NCBI GenBank assembly: GCA_024137785.1
Contig: JAHRHZ010000009.1
Span: forward strand, 12,534,406-12,598,405
DNA: 64,000 nucleotides
Direction: 5' to 3'
From: Ginglymostoma cirratum
Taxonomy: Eukaryota
Part shown: piece after piece, positions 35,963-49,515 of the stretch
Numbering within the stretch: the first letter of the stretch is position 1
Layout of the letters: the number at the start of each line of letters is the position of its first letter
Notes under the pieces: model-generated
What the model was told of the DNA's origin: nothing
What the model saw: the letters and a program-made list of their open reading frames with translations, nothing else
Databases searched by the model: none
Program-made: the position numbers and the translations under genes

Positions 35963-36532
35963 TAACAAGGTGTGGAGCTGGATGAACACAGCAGGCCAAG
36001 CAGCATCAGAGGAGCAGGAAGGCCCGNNNNNNNNNNNNNNNNNNNNNNNNNNNNNNNNNNNNNNNNNNNNNNNNNNNNNNNNNNNNNNNNNNNNNNNNNN
36101 NNNNNNNNNNNNNNNNNNNNNNNNNNNNNNNNNNNNNNNNNNNNNNNNNNNNNNNNNNNNNNNNNNNNNNNNNNNNNNNNNNNNNNNNNNNNNNNNNNNN
36201 NNNNNNNNNNNNNNNNNNNNNNNNNNNNNNNNNNNNNNNNNNNNNNNNNNNNNNNNNNNNNNNNNNNNNNNNNNNNNNNNNNNNNNNNNNNNNNNNNNNN
36301 NNNNNNNNNNNNNNNNNNNNNNNNNNNNNNNNNNNNNNNNNNNNNNNNNNNNNNNNNNNNNNNNNNNNNNNNNNNNNNNNNNNNNNNNNNNNNNNNNNNN
36401 NNNNNNNNNNNNNNNNNNNNNNNNNNCGGGCCTTCCTGCTCCTCTGATGCTGCTTGGCCTGCTGTGTTCATCCAGCTCCACACCTTGTTATCTCAGATTC
36501 TCCAGCATCTGCACTTCCTACTATCTCTGAAA
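35963..36532. mobile_element. Inverted PLE family 1 insertion spanning the assembly gap, 14-bp TSD
   Basis: Mirror-image pLTR ends flank the Ns; caaattagctgtaa at 35949-35962 and 36533-36546. Confidence 0.8.
36027..36426. other. Assembly gap (400 N)
   Basis: Run of n. Confidence 1.
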
Positions 36533-36559
36533 CAAATTAGCTGTAAGTTGGCTTCATAC

Positions 36560-37045
36560 CATCCTCCAAATCCGATGGCAAGGCAATCCAGTAGCAGCGT
36601 CATCTCCAACCAGAGAGAATCTAACAATATCCTTTTGACATTGAATGGTCTTAACTTTGTTAAATTCCCAACCATCAACATGCTGGGGGTTTATTATTGA
36701 TCAAAAATTTTACTGGTCCAGCTACATCAACACAGTGGATACAAAAGCAGGACAGAAGCTGGGTATTTTGTAGTGAGTAACTTCTCTCTAGTCCCATGGC
36801 TTTTTCATCATCTGCAAAGGCACAAGTCAAGTTTGTGATGGAACATTTCCCACTTGCCTAAAATGAGTCAAAATGCAGCAATTCCCCTATCTAACAACAC
36901 TGTTACCTCTACCACATCAGTGTAATGGTTCAAGGCTTCATTGTCAGCTTTATTGTTCACTGTCAGCTTCTCAAGTACAATTCGGATAGAAAACAAGTGC
37001 TGGCCATGTCAATGAAGATCAGATTCCCATGAATGGATAAAGATA
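36560..37045 (+). mobile_element. CR1/L2-group LINE 3' end
   Basis: PTINMLGV...DQK...WSSYINTV remnant; tail shared with the SINE at 3915-4275. Confidence 0.6.
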
Positions 37046-37099
37046 CAAGAAAGGGTGGTAGGGGGTGGTGGCATGGCAAAGAGAGGTTGATGGGAAACT

Positions 37100-38230
37100 C
37101 CTGAGTTGATGCTGTGGGATGAGAAGGGAATATAATGCTGAAGACGCTCTGATGAGCAATAAGAAAGACCTGTAACTATGAGGGTGCTCCCACGGAACTG
37201 AATAACGAAGGAGAGGGACTGAAGAACTCGGCTGATCATGCCCAACACTGTGGAGTCATCCAATAAAGAGCGTATCAGTGCCATCATGGACAGGAAGCAC
37301 ATTGTATATGATTGAATGATCATTCTTGACAGAAAGCAAGACTTTGTAGATCTGGTAGCAGAGTTTTTGGGAATCCTTGGGTAATGGGTTGAGTAACTGG
37401 CACAAAAAGGTTTTTGAAGAGATTAGCGATCATGTTGAATGAGATGGCTATAGAGAGAAGCGGACATGACATTTGGACTTTCTGGCTCATTAAGGGAATG
37501 TTAGCTTTCACAATGAAAAGATTCCAAGATAGACTGGAGGAAGGAAAATAAAAATAGGTAGTTCACTGGCAAAGTGAGATGCAAAAGGGAACCTTTTTCC
37601 AAATAACAGAGATTTACATAAGACAAATTCTTAAGCTGAAGGGAGCAATAATAGGGAACAAAAGAATCCCCAGTAAAAATGGGAGATCAGGAGTTGTGAA
37701 AATGATTTGTAGGTTGTTGCTTCAAGCTGCTGAATGATCAGCCATGAGAAGTGAGGTCCAGTTTGGAGAGAGTAAAGTAGCAAAGACATTTTGAAACGAG
37801 TCGTATTCAGACAGCAAATAAAAGGAACAACAAGATAAGTGACAACTGATCTAGTGCAGGTAAGTCTAGGTTCATCAAAGCTACAAGTGGCAATATCTGT
37901 TTAAAATGGAGATAAGCAGAGGTGCAGGCATGAAAATCAGGAGCCTGGAACACCAAAGACTAAGGAGCTGAATAATTCAGGAAGCCTGGAGAGGCAACTA
38001 AGTTGTTGGGCAACGTGAAATACCAGTCCAGAATGGTGAGGAAGATCAGAAAGCGAAATGCAGAGTAGGACAAAGTTAATGGTCACAAGAGTTGAACAGA
38101 GACTGGCATAGCAAACACCATGAACAACATCAGCAGTCCAGTAGATGTAAAACCTGCAGCTACAGCACTGGATAAAAGGCAGTAGTATAATGGAAACAAT
38201 ATGTGAGGCAAGAAGTCTATCCTGTAAATT
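37100..38230 (-). mobile_element. Very old L2-like LINE RT remnant
   Basis: Degenerate GSILGPLLF-like and AAFD-like codons on the minus strand. Confidence 0.4.
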
Positions 38231-39189
38231 AAGATTGAAGGAAATGTTATTTCTAATAAATATATTAGAAAATATATGCAGCAAATATATTGGGTTTCTT
38301 TAAATGCTGAAGTTAGGGATCAAAATACACAAAATTAAAAGGGAGAGTTTAACTATAGATGTTTAAATTCCACTCTGCATTTGAACCTACTTTTAAAGAC
38401 TATTTTAAGAAATCGAGATGATCCCACACCCCAAAAACAGGAGGGGTTCAAGAAGGCAGTTTAGCACCACCTTCTCCGGGGAAACAAATGCTGGCCCAGC
38501 CAGCGATGCCCACATCCCACAAATGAATAACAAATTTTTAAAAAAGAATCAGGTCCTCAATATAGCTATGTAACTTTAAGGGCTTAACCTCAGGTTGGAA
38601 CACTACCTTTTGCTTCACACAAATGACGACCAGTGTATTGCTGGCACACAATTCATTTGGGACAGAAACAGAAGCAGCAGATGTTACTTTCTGGCCCTTT
38701 GTCTTTTTAGGCACCAGAATTCTAATGGCAAGTGAAGCTACTGTCCCACTCCACACTTCCCTCATAAGAAGCACTCAGGATCTGAGTTTCACTGCTTAGA
38801 CCTGGTATCACTGCATGCCATTCCATTTCCTACCCATACCTGCCCAAATTACACCTGCAGAAATTTGCAGCCAAACTGCCTGACCTGCAGAAATCTGCCA
38901 ATCACAGAATGCATGGATATTTTTTCTGCGATTGTGTCATTCTAAAAGTAACATCTCATTCCATATGTGTACACTTTTTAAATTTTTCAGTTAATCAATC
39001 TATTGTGTACCAAACAACTGTGAATTTAGTCAGACGCAAAGCAAGATTTCCTCCACAACCTATTTTTTGCTTATTATCTGAATAAAAAAAAATACAATCA
39101 TGGCCAATTGCAATGTACTACACATTCAGATAGCAATTGATATTTTTTACTGATAATTTTTGACACAATACACTGTTCATTACTGGTAC

Positions 39190-39355
39190 CTGAAGTTTTT
39201 CCGTTGCTGTTGGCCAAAGTTGCCTGCAAAGCACTTTTTTAACTACATCTGGAAGGAGGCTGATTGTTATTAGCAGGATAATCCCTAACCAGGCTGGCCC
39301 TGTTGAAAGCATCTGCATGAAGACATAGTACATTCTCTGGTAATTCAGAAAAGGC
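39190..39355 (-). CDS. ATP11A: ATP11A last constitutive exon ([55 protein letters not shown])
   Basis: TM10; acceptor ctcag, donor gtacca; 166 nt, phase 2-0. Confidence 0.95.
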
Positions 39356-40214
39356 CTGAGAAGAAAATAAACATCATGAAGGAAAAGCAAAAGCAAAATA
39401 ATATGATTCAAAGACAAGAGGATGAAATTAATCTAAATTGAACGTATCCCTCAAGAACTGCAGCGATTCAAAAATGCAGCTCATCATCACAACCATCTCA
39501 AGGTTAATTCAGAATGGAGGGGCAATAAATGTTGGCCCAGCCCAACAACATCCACATCCCATAAACACATAAAAGAGAAGCCTAACGTGAGATGGGAAAA
39601 AGTCAGCCAATCTGATTGATAAACCCATGTGGGCAAGCTCTCAGTTTGCATGGGGTTGGGGTCTGCAGCAATTTGTACAAGACTAAGGGACTGGTCGCAC
39701 AGCAGGGGGATGGCTGCTGATTGCTTACCTTCTGCCCTGACTTCAGATCCCGTCACACCTCTCTGAACCCAAACTCCAGAGATCTCCCACCCTGTTCACC
39801 CCTAAAAAACAATTTTCCTAGTGGAGCTCCATTCTGGGAGTACACGGAGGGGGCTGAGGTTATGGAGCTGCCAGCCTGCGACTGGCCAACAGAACTTTCT
39901 GACCCCCAACAGAAAGTTCACCAGCAACCAATCAGCTGCCTGGTTGCCGCAAGATCCAGCTCCCTTCCTCACTTTGGTAGCTAACGGTTTCCGTCCTGGA
40001 AATTCTCCCTCTCTCAGACTTAGTTCAAAAATGGAAATCCTGTCATGTTGTTATCTCACATCTCAGGATGAAATGAAGTTATATGAAACAAATATCTTTT
40101 GTTATTTTTTAAAGTGAGCCTATTCTCTATTCTTCTGAAAACATTCATTATATTAAGGGGAACATTTGTTCAAAGGTTTTGTTTCACTTTCAGCCTGTAT
40201 TTACACACACTTAC

Positions 40215-40318
40215 CAGATAATACCTCCCCACAGGAAAGAAAAGATGATGTAAAATAGCAGCGAGCCCCATATTACAAAGTGGTTTACCCACGTCCAATG
40301 ATGAGTGTCTAGTGCAAG
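40215..40318 (-). CDS. ATP11A: ATP11A exon ([35 protein letters not shown])
   Basis: TM9; acceptor cacag, donor gtaagt; 104 nt, phase 0-2. Confidence 0.95.
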
Positions 40319-42196
40319 CTGTGAAAACAGAAACATCACACACTTATAACCAGCCAACCATCAGGATAGAACTTGAGACACAAAACACTAGGGTAGTTAA
40401 GGAGAAACAGAGACAGATTTCTGTATTCAGCCTATATTCCTTTATCAAGAAAGCATTTAGCTAATTAAGTTCAGGAAATATTGAATTTTAATGAGGTTTT
40501 CATTTCACATCTTCACTCAGTTAAGTAGTTGACTGAAGTAGAAATCTGTCGGAATACAAAACATGACGGGAAATTTGTGACAATTAACTGAGTAGAAGCC
40601 AAACAAACCCACTTGGGACAGGCTTGTGGAAAGTTTAGAAATTTCTTTTTAGAAACAGACCTCCCATTACACAACAAGATATGTTGCAATAACAGGAATG
40701 TATAAAGGAAATTAACGTAGGCGCAATTTAAAAGTTAGCAGATGGCACAAAGTCAGCAATGTGATAAACAATTTGGTAAATAAAAGGCTTCAAAGCCACA
40801 TAGGCCGGCTGATAAAATCTCAGACGCATATGGCATGCAAATTCTAATGCAGAGAACTGTGACCTGAATACATTTTTGTGGCAAGGAAGAGGAGAGGCAA
40901 TATAAAATACATGATCCCATTTGAAAGGCTGAGACCTTTAAGCGTTTATGCACAAATCTTTGAAGGAAGTGGGGTACTCAGACAGGATTGTTAAGAAAGC
41001 CATGTAGGATCCTTTGCTTTCTACAAATAGAAGGAATTATGCTAAACTTTGGCAATTGGCTGATTATAGCTCAGCTGGAACACTGTGCAGTCAATTTTTG
41101 GCACGACACTACACTAGAAAATTTGGCAAAGCCTTGGAAAGGAAGAGGGCACATGAGTTCAGTTCCCTTGAAGCAAAACTTCAACCAGACACAGCAGCTT
41201 TTCTGGTGACCAGTGCCACATTCTCCACTTAACCCTTACCAATTGTCCAAGTCTCTGCCAACACTCACCCACTACCCCAGTTTCTCCCATCATCTACCCA
41301 GGACCCCATTCTCCCCCTGCCTCTCATCCAATGCTTTTTCCCAGAGCCTCCATTCACCATCCCAACCTCCAAAAACTGGTCAGAAATCCTTGGATCTCTT
41401 GAAAGCAAGGAATGCGGAGGTGTTTATCTCTTGTCCTGCAATCATTACAGCAGTGGATTGGAATTGTGGAGTTTCTTTTGGATAATGCCTCTCTCAGTGA
41501 GTTTCTTGCTGTATTTGCTGATCTCTCTGCCGATAAATAGAACTCTTGTTGTGTCTCTGGTTCCATTTCTCCCTGCATATCTTTGTGGTTTTCTACTTTG
41601 ACCTGTTTGTGCCAGTGATCATGTCAGTGCCCTTCCTCAGTGGGGTCCGATCCTCGGGCTTTACTGGAATTGTTACACTGTTTGGACAGTCTTTTTTTAA
41701 TATGACGTGACTACTTGCAAGCTCCAAGTAGAAGAGGAGGAGATCTGGGGTTTGACAACATAAAGGAGCAGATTTGCTGCGTGCAATTTTTGCTCAAGAC
41801 AGTGCTGAGGGCACATTTGCTCGTTGATGGAAAGGTACTGAACTGGTGAGGCAAAGTATCCCAGCTCTACAAATGGAGGAAAATAGAACAGCAAGGGAAC
41901 AAATTGAGAGGTTCAGTTTGGTGTCTACTCAGTATATTTATACTTTTCCCAAGCTCTTTGTGCACAGCACAATTCCTGCAGACAGAAAAGATAAAAAATG
42001 GAATGACTAGGAGCTGTACAAAGTAGCTAAGACTATGGAAGTAGGCATGGGGCATAGTCCACAATCCATAAGCCACAGTTGGATCAGGCATTATTTTACT
42101 GAATGGGGAAGCAGCTAAACAGCCTATTCCTGCTCCTATTTCTTATGAATTTTTTTTAGTTCACAGGCTGATAGCAAGTGTTTAAAAAACACATAC

Positions 42197-42262
42197 CTTA
42201 AGAGTTACTGTAAATACCAGAACAGTGAAAACTAAAGTCCCAAATGTCCAATTTCCAAACAT
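42197..42262 (-). CDS. ATP11A: ATP11A exon (MFGNWTFGTLVFTVLVFTVTLK)
   Basis: TM8; acceptor ttcag, donor gtatgt; 66 nt, phase 0-0. Confidence 0.95.
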
Positions 42263-44064
42263 CTGAAAAAATAAATTTTACAAATTTAGAACAAATCAGT
42301 CAGCAGTCAGCAAAGTTACACATTGGACTGCAGCATGCCCACTCCTGATACACACCAAAAACTAATGGACTGTTTCAAAATAGTCCATGCACTTCCATTA
42401 CGAAGCCAACAATTCTACATTATCACGTCAATATGCATTTGAAAAGTTGTGGGTGGTGATTGTAAACTTGGGAAGTATTTTTGATTGGGCAGGGAATGAG
42501 GTTACCATAAAACTAGTCTGACATCATCAATTTAAGGTCTGGTGAATATTAACTTTTTTGTGTTATTCACAGCTTGTGGGTAAATAATACAGATGTTTAG
42601 AGGTGGCTAAATTGTTGCCCACCAGAGACAGGCAACGGAAGGGCAGTTAATAAAGTCATGGATTGATTACAGCACAGGATGCTATTCAGCCCATTGTGAT
42701 GTTGTGACCCTCTGTGGGAGTAATTCACTTTAAGCCATTGCTTCTTTTGCCAATTAGCTTAAACATGTGGCCTCTTGTTCACAATCCTTCCACCAATGAT
42801 TCTCTCCCTCTCTACTCTGTCTAGAATCCTCATGATTTTGAAAACCTCTATTAAATCTACCATCCAAAGAAAACAGTCCCAATTTCTCAAATTATCTATG
42901 TAACTGAAAATCCTGATCTCTGGAACCATTTTTGTGAATCTTTTCAGCATTCTGCCCAAAGTCTTTGCATCCTTCCTAAAGTTTGGCTCCCAGAACTGGA
43001 TAGATTTAGTGGATTAATGATTTATACAAAGTTATCATAACTTCCTCACTCTTGTACTCCGTCTCATTGAGACGGGTGACAGAGCTGGCTAGCAGGCTGT
43101 CTGCCCATGATAGATATTCGGCTGTAGGTACTCAAGCTGCAGCTAGGCGAAAGCCAGATTGTTTTGGAGGCCATACGTTTTGGCTGGATTTGGAAACGGT
43201 GGGAAAAAGTTCAACGATGCCTCACGGGTGGGAGGCTAAACCCGCAAGGTTATTTGGACGGTATTCATGTAGCCAACATCCCACCCCCATGCTGTGTATT
43301 TTGAGTCAGCTATTGCCAAAAAAGGGTCCTAGTATGACCATTGGTGCATATTACTGCCTTACTAAGGAGGATTGTAACTGGGTACTGTGGTGCCTTGGCT
43401 ACCTAAAATCACGGGATTTGCTAAACAGTCAGGCAGAAATGGAGCAGGAATAAAGCTTTACATTTTCCCGTTGGCGGTGGGTGGAAATCGGGGGAAAATG
43501 GGTGAATACCGACCATCTCTCACTATAGAGAGATAATTTGGTTTGAAACATAGCCCATGTTATTTACCATGAACAGCATCTGGAGCTCAGTTCACTGCAT
43601 AACTTGAGTGAAGTGTTTAGACCAAAGTCATTACAGAGGAATGTCCTGAATTACAGTCTATAGGGTGTGTGGAGTAAGACGGTCAATGTTTAATGTAGTT
43701 TTTCTATTGGTTCGGACTCTGGATTGTAATCACATACTAAGGGCTTTAATCTCACCCCACCAAGAGATTAACTCAAACCTTTTATCGTCCATTTCTACTA
43801 TCCAAAGCTTCTCTTGCTATGTCTCTGACAAGTAGCCGAAGAATACTTTTGCATCAGATTGGATAATCCAATTAACAAATGCGCAGTATTATTAGGGGAG
43901 AAAATTAAATATTTATGTGAAAAAAATTAAGATTACAACCACTACCCAACCCACTAACACCTTTGAGAAACAGAGTTTACTAAGAAGTAATCACATCAGT
44001 GAGAAAGTGTCCAATGTATTTTGTCCAAAAAGGAGATAAAGACAAGGTGAAAGAAAGATCTTAC

Positions 44065-44088
44065 CATATTCAAGTTGGCCCTCATTAG
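44065..44088 (-). CDS. ATP11A: ATP11A alternative 24-nt microexon (LMRANLNM) in the TM7-TM8 exoplasmic loop
   Basis: Long pyrimidine tract ending ctaacaccag|CTAATGAGGGCCAACTTGAATATG|gtaaga; frame-preserving (phase 0-0), no stop. Confidence 0.75.
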
Positions 44089-44468
44089 CTGGTGTTAGAA
44101 AGAGAAGCAAAAAGCAAAAGCAAAAAAATACAAGACAGAAAGTAAACAAACAAGGCAAAAAAAAAGCACAGAATTGTTTAAGTAAATTAACAGGGCATTA
44201 AAGCCAAAACAGAAATATTACTGAGTGACTAACAGAGCAAAAAAGAGAGCAGGTAATGGTCAGAGTAAATTATACACTCCTTGGGCAAGTATAAAACCAT
44301 CTTAATGTTGACACAAACGTGTAAATTGTAAAATTGAATGTGTCATTAAATAACCTATTATAATATTAGCAATAGATTGCTATAATAATAAAATTGGCAA
44401 ATAAAGGGAATGGTAGAATCTTAGAGCTAGATCAACTTGTACCTACATATTTGAGGAGGTGTACTAAC

Positions 44469-44604
44469 CTGCCCATTGCTGGTCATGGTCGAATTATCAA
44501 ATATAAAGTAAGCACCAAAGAAAAATACCACAGCATCAAATACTCCCAGGAAAGTCCAGTAAATGAATGATTTCCAACACAATAAGGAATTTTTGGCAAC
44601 ATCC
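44469..44604 (-). CDS. ATP11A: ATP11A exon (DVAKNSLLCWKSFIYWTFLGVFDAVVFFFGAYFIFDNSTMTSNGQ)
   Basis: TM7; acceptor accag, donor gttagt; 136 nt, phase 2-0. Confidence 0.95.
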
Positions 44605-46703
44605 CTGGTAGTTGAGAAGAAAAGTATTAAAATTGCATTTGTTTGCTCAGGAAGTTCAATTGAACTGCACATTTATGTGACAACTTTGTACTTTTGATTT
44701 CAACAGCACCTTTCATTCTGCAGTATTTTAATTTGTTCTTGGTTCACAAGTAAAACTGCCAAGGCCTCTATTATTGTTTTGAACAACTGCGTAATTTTCT
44801 AAGGATATTAAAAATCATTGACATGTGGGTCTTGTCTCAAGGAAAGCCCAGACCAGTGTAAGTTAAGGGAAAGCCCCATCTCCTACAGGCATTAATTAAC
44901 CAGGTGGCTATTAGTAAAAACTGCTCTGCTTTCATGATCATTGTTCTTCAAGTACTAGCCCCAGAATGAGCTATTCTAATGAATTCAGTTCTACAACTTG
45001 TCTTGGCAAGATTTTAACTTAAAACCTAGCTCAGGACTTCCCAAAGGGGAGGCCACAACCCAGCTGAAATTTCGGGGTCGTGAACTCTGAGGCAGAGTCA
45101 ATATTAGAAACGGAGCTCGATTTGCGATGCAGTTTCAAATCGTCACAATTTTTAAAACTGGCGCCATGACCTAAATGACTCAACATTGAGGCCTTAACTC
45201 CTGCAGCAGTAAAGACAATAGGCCTTGTGTTTTTATATAAAAAATCTCCCCAAAATGATCAATTCCACCCCTCTCTTACAATTACATTGCTGCATTTCAT
45301 CTCACAGCTCTGTGCCTCACTTGTACACAAATTGCTCCCAGTCCTCAGCTCTCTTCAGTTCTCTTGACTGCCACAACTCCTAGACAATTAAAGCGGATAC
45401 TAGAACACGAACATTAATTAAGTGACGTAAGTGTCTCATTAAAGTGGGCTTCTTTTTGAAAACATCAAATCCACATAATTAGGTCACGCCTAACTTGCCA
45501 CAGTATTTCCGGCCCTGAAAACAAAACACAATGCAAAGTATACTTCATTGCACCATTGTTTCACAATTCCTTGACTCAATTACACTTCACCTGGTGTGTG
45601 CAGCAGAGGAGAAGTTGGAAGAATTCCCACCTTGGCCTGGGTCATTTTTAAAAGAGATTTGAGTTACATATTTATTTTCAGGGTGTCTATTCTTGCCAAT
45701 ACAAATGCATCACAGCCAAGTTAGAAGAAACTTTAAGCGTTTTCTGCAGCACTGTCTACAGTCTATCCATTCATACTGGTTAGATCTAACTTATGCCATA
45801 AGTCGTGGGTATACACTAAAAATTTAAATTTCATTCAGCCTTCCACCCTATATCTGTTGCTAACTTTTCATTTGGAGCTGTCTATCTAATTCCATTTCTC
45901 ACTGGATTCTTATAAAATTCTTATCCAATCCCTCTATAAGTGAGGTCTCCATTGCTTGTCTCTTGTGATAAATGGTTTCCTTTTTGAAGAATATTTCTTC
46001 TAATTCCCCCTTCATTTGTCCAATAATAATTCTCAAGACTGTGCTCACTTATCACCCTCTCACCAGCTAATGAAAACAGTCTTTTACTGTTTATGTGCTC
46101 AAAGCTCAAGCTATAAAAGTATTATTTTGCAACTGATGAAACACGAAATAAAATATTTTAATTGTCATGATAGTTGCAAAATATGGTCTAACTTTCAACA
46201 TCCATCATCTTATTTGAATGCGTGGGACTTTCATAGTTTGAAATAATTTTAAAAAAGAAAGACACTGACTTAAAAATGCAACAGTGTTCACCTGACTGCA
46301 GATTGAGCTAAACTTCATAAACCAATGTGAAATAAATAAAATCATCAGAATGCAAATTAACAATTGCATCAAAAGAGATTTTGCATCTCCTATCCTTTAA
46401 TTTACACCTCTATGACAGGTTTCATACATTGGAGATGAATGATTTGGCTGCTATTATCCACTGCGGAAACAATGACCCGGAAATGGGATTACATGAATGA
46501 AACCTATTCCAAGCAATGGCTTTGGCAGGTGAGACAGATTTGTACAATGAATGGGAAAAGGATCTCTTTCCTTGTTTTGTCTCACTCTCTCGAAGAACAA
46601 AGCACCTGGTGGTCAAGCAAACTGGTCAGAAACATCCAATCAATGAGGACTCAAAGATATCTGCAATATTCATGGCTACCATTGTTCTAGGTCATCCAAA
46701 CTA

Positions 46704-46817
46704 ACCCGAAACGTCAAGCTTTCCTGCTCCTGTGACGCTGCTTGGCCTGCTGTGTTCATCCAGCTCCACACCTTGTTATCTCAGATTCTCCAGCATCTGC
46801 AGTACCTATTATCTCTA
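46704..46817 (+). mobile_element. PLE family 1 3' fragment starting inside the hammerhead
   Basis: cccgaaacgtcaagctttcc...cctattatctc. Confidence 0.8.
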
Positions 46818-47579
46818 ACCAAGAAAATCTGTCATCCTCACCTGGTCCAGCCTACCTGTGACTCCTGACCCATAGCAATGAGGTTAGTTCTTAAGAGCTT
46901 TCTAAATTTGCAATTAACTACAATGTTTGATAAAATAACTAAGATTATGGCAGCAGATATATAGGAACAACGACAGTGTTGACTCTGTAAAGTCCTTTTT
47001 ACTATCAACTGGGGACTTGTGCTGGAATTGGCAAACTGTACCACAGACAAGTCAAGCAACAACCTGACATAGTCATACTCATGGAATCATACTTCACAAA
47101 CAGTGTCCCAGCCAACACCATCACCTCTTTCCAAAGAGTTATGCAAAATTATGTCCAGTGCCTTCAATTCCTCCTCTCTAACCTCTTTTGGGATTCTGGG
47201 ACTACACAATAGTGGAGTCTGCTGATTTTGCTGTCTTAGCTTCCTAAAATAAAGTTTTGTTTTGAATGTTCACTTCTGCCTCTCTTGCTGATATTGTCAC
47301 CTTTTCTGGTGTTGCTTTGCTAAAGCAAGCAGAGAAAGTCTATAGCATGTTTGTGCTGGGAAATATGAGAAGGCAGAGATTGGGCATTTGCACCTGGAGA
47401 GCTGAACATAATTCTTTAGATTTATGAACACTTGAATAGTCATAACTTTCAAAGCAATGGGCCAAGTGCTCGAGTATGGGACTAGTGCAGCTTTGGTGGT
47501 ATAGACTCAATGGGCTAAAGGTCATCTTCTGTACTGTAATGATTCTATAATTTATGAGGAGACTTGCAGATGACCTGCA

Positions 47580-47910
47580 GGGATAGCATGGTGACTCAGT
47601 GGTTGGCACTGCTGTCTCACAGTGCCAGGGACCAGGGATCAATTGCAGCCTTTGGTGACTGTCAGTGTGGAGTTTGTAAGTTCTCCCATTTCCTCCTACA
47701 GTCCAAAGATGTACAGATTAGGTGGGAAGGCCATGTTAAATTGCCCCATAGTGTCCAGGAACATGCAGGCTGGTGGATTAGCCATGGTAATGCAGGGTTA
47801 CGGGGATAGGCTGTGGGGTGATGGGTCTTGGTGGGATGGTCTTCAGTGGGTCAGTGCAGACTCAACAGACTGAAAGGCTTCTTTCTGCACTGTAGGGATT
47901 CTATGATTCT
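47580..47910 (+). mobile_element. HE1-type SINE
   Basis: tRNA-like head gcatggtgactcagtggtt...; tail ctgtagggattctatgattct. Confidence 0.85.
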
Positions 47911-48272
47911 CGAGTTGAGAACTCTCCACCAAAAGAAACCTACACTGTAACATATCAGTCTGTTATCTAATCTACAATTCATTCAATATTTGAAGTTCAC
48001 CATTGAGCCATCTTTCAATTTTTGATTGATTACCTCACTTGAAAATCAGCTCATCTGCTCTGCAAGCTCACTATGCCTCCTTTGGGAATTCAATACATCA
48101 CACTAAAGATAAATTAGTAAATTGTGCACTCTGGTGGTAGAGCTGCACTTGCAGGATTACTCTCAACATGCTTCCCCTTAGCAGTATGGCTTGCTGAATT
48201 TAATATACAGTGATCCATTAAAAGAATACTGTAATTGTAACATGAACCATATGCTCAAAGCCCCACACCTAC

Positions 48273-48400
48273 CGATACAATGATGGGTTTCTTCTCAGCG
48301 CATCAATGCTGATGTGTTGTTCCATGAGGCTATACAACAGGATGGGAAGAGAAGTGAAGCTGATGTTGTACAATGTAAGGTATGCAGTGTCATACAATGG
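48273..48400 (-). CDS. ATP11A: ATP11A exon ([43 protein letters not shown])
   Basis: TM6 YNISFTSLP; acceptor ttacag, donor gtaggt; 128 nt, phase 0-2. Confidence 0.95.
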
Positions 48401-48855
48401 CTGTAAAGAAAAAAATTTCTTTATTATTTTGCATGCTTCTAAAGGATCAACGTTAACCCAGAATTTCAAACCCTAACAGACCAATCTGAGTTTACACCAA
48501 CAATAGAATTACACGAAGCAAACCATACACATCTACTGGAATGGAGCCCAGTTTTAACTCAGCGATTACCCCAACATATCCACCCATAATACCATTTTTG
48601 AGAGACACAACTGGTCCTTAACACCTTGATGTAAATTATTACTAATTTGATACAAATCTTACAACAGGAACTGCAATTCACACAATTTAAACAAAGTCAA
48701 CTAAACAATTATGCTCATTCCTAAATTCCTTTCCCCTCAGCAACGAAGGCTGGAACCGTGTTCCTCCCAGTATGATCCATTAAATTCACAGCATTATACT
48801 TTGCAAGAAACCAAATGACCTGCAATAAAAAGTTGTTACGAGGTAGAGTACTAAC

Positions 48856-48915
48856 CTGTTGAGAAAATCCACAAAAGAACTGGTACAAAAACTGAGGGAA
48901 TATGAAGCAAACATT
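48856..48915 (-). CDS. ATP11A: ATP11A exon (NVCFIFPQFLYQFFCGFSQQ)
   Basis: 60 nt, phase 0-0; acceptor tccag, donor gttagt; TM5-loop sequence typical of ATP11A/C. Confidence 0.95.
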
Positions 48916-49515
48916 CTGGAAAACAGAATTATTAATGTTATTAATGATTAAAACATCACAATTATATAATCACAGAATGTTTACAAAACAAAAAGGTAGT
49001 CATTCATCGAGTGCCATCCCTCCATCTTCTCCCTCTCAGCATTGTGTATTCTTCTTTTTTCAGATAACCTGATACCCTCTTGAATGCTTGGATTGAACTT
49101 ACCTTCACCATATTCTTGGGCACTGCATTGCAGACCCTAAACTTTCACTGTATGGAAACACTTTTTGTCATGTTACCATTGCAATTTTTACCTGCTACCT
49201 TGAACTTTTCTCCCTCTTGATCTTGATCCTTCTGAAAATGGGAACAGTTTCTCCCGTACATGCTCTGTCTTGACTCCTCATGATATTCAATATTTCTATC
49301 AAATTTCCTCTTCTCTAAAAGCAGTCCCAACTTCTCCAATCTGGTGTTTCTTAGCTCTGGAAATATTCTTGCGGATCTTTTCTGCATTTGTCTTTTCTAA
49401 TGCCTTCCCATCCTTCCCAAAGCTTGACGTCCATACCTGAATTCACTGTTCCTCTTGAGGCTCAAACATACATTCAATACAGCTTCAACCAAACTTGCTT
49501 ACTTTTGTACTCCAT

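Noticed and set aside
35801-36700. Long ORFs crossing 36027-36426
   Set aside because: Artefacts of translating the N gap
39580-45515. Possible MITE or DNA-transposon remnants (about 39580-40045, 43060-43520, 45030-45515)
   Set aside because: Terminal inverted repeats and TSDs could not be established by eye
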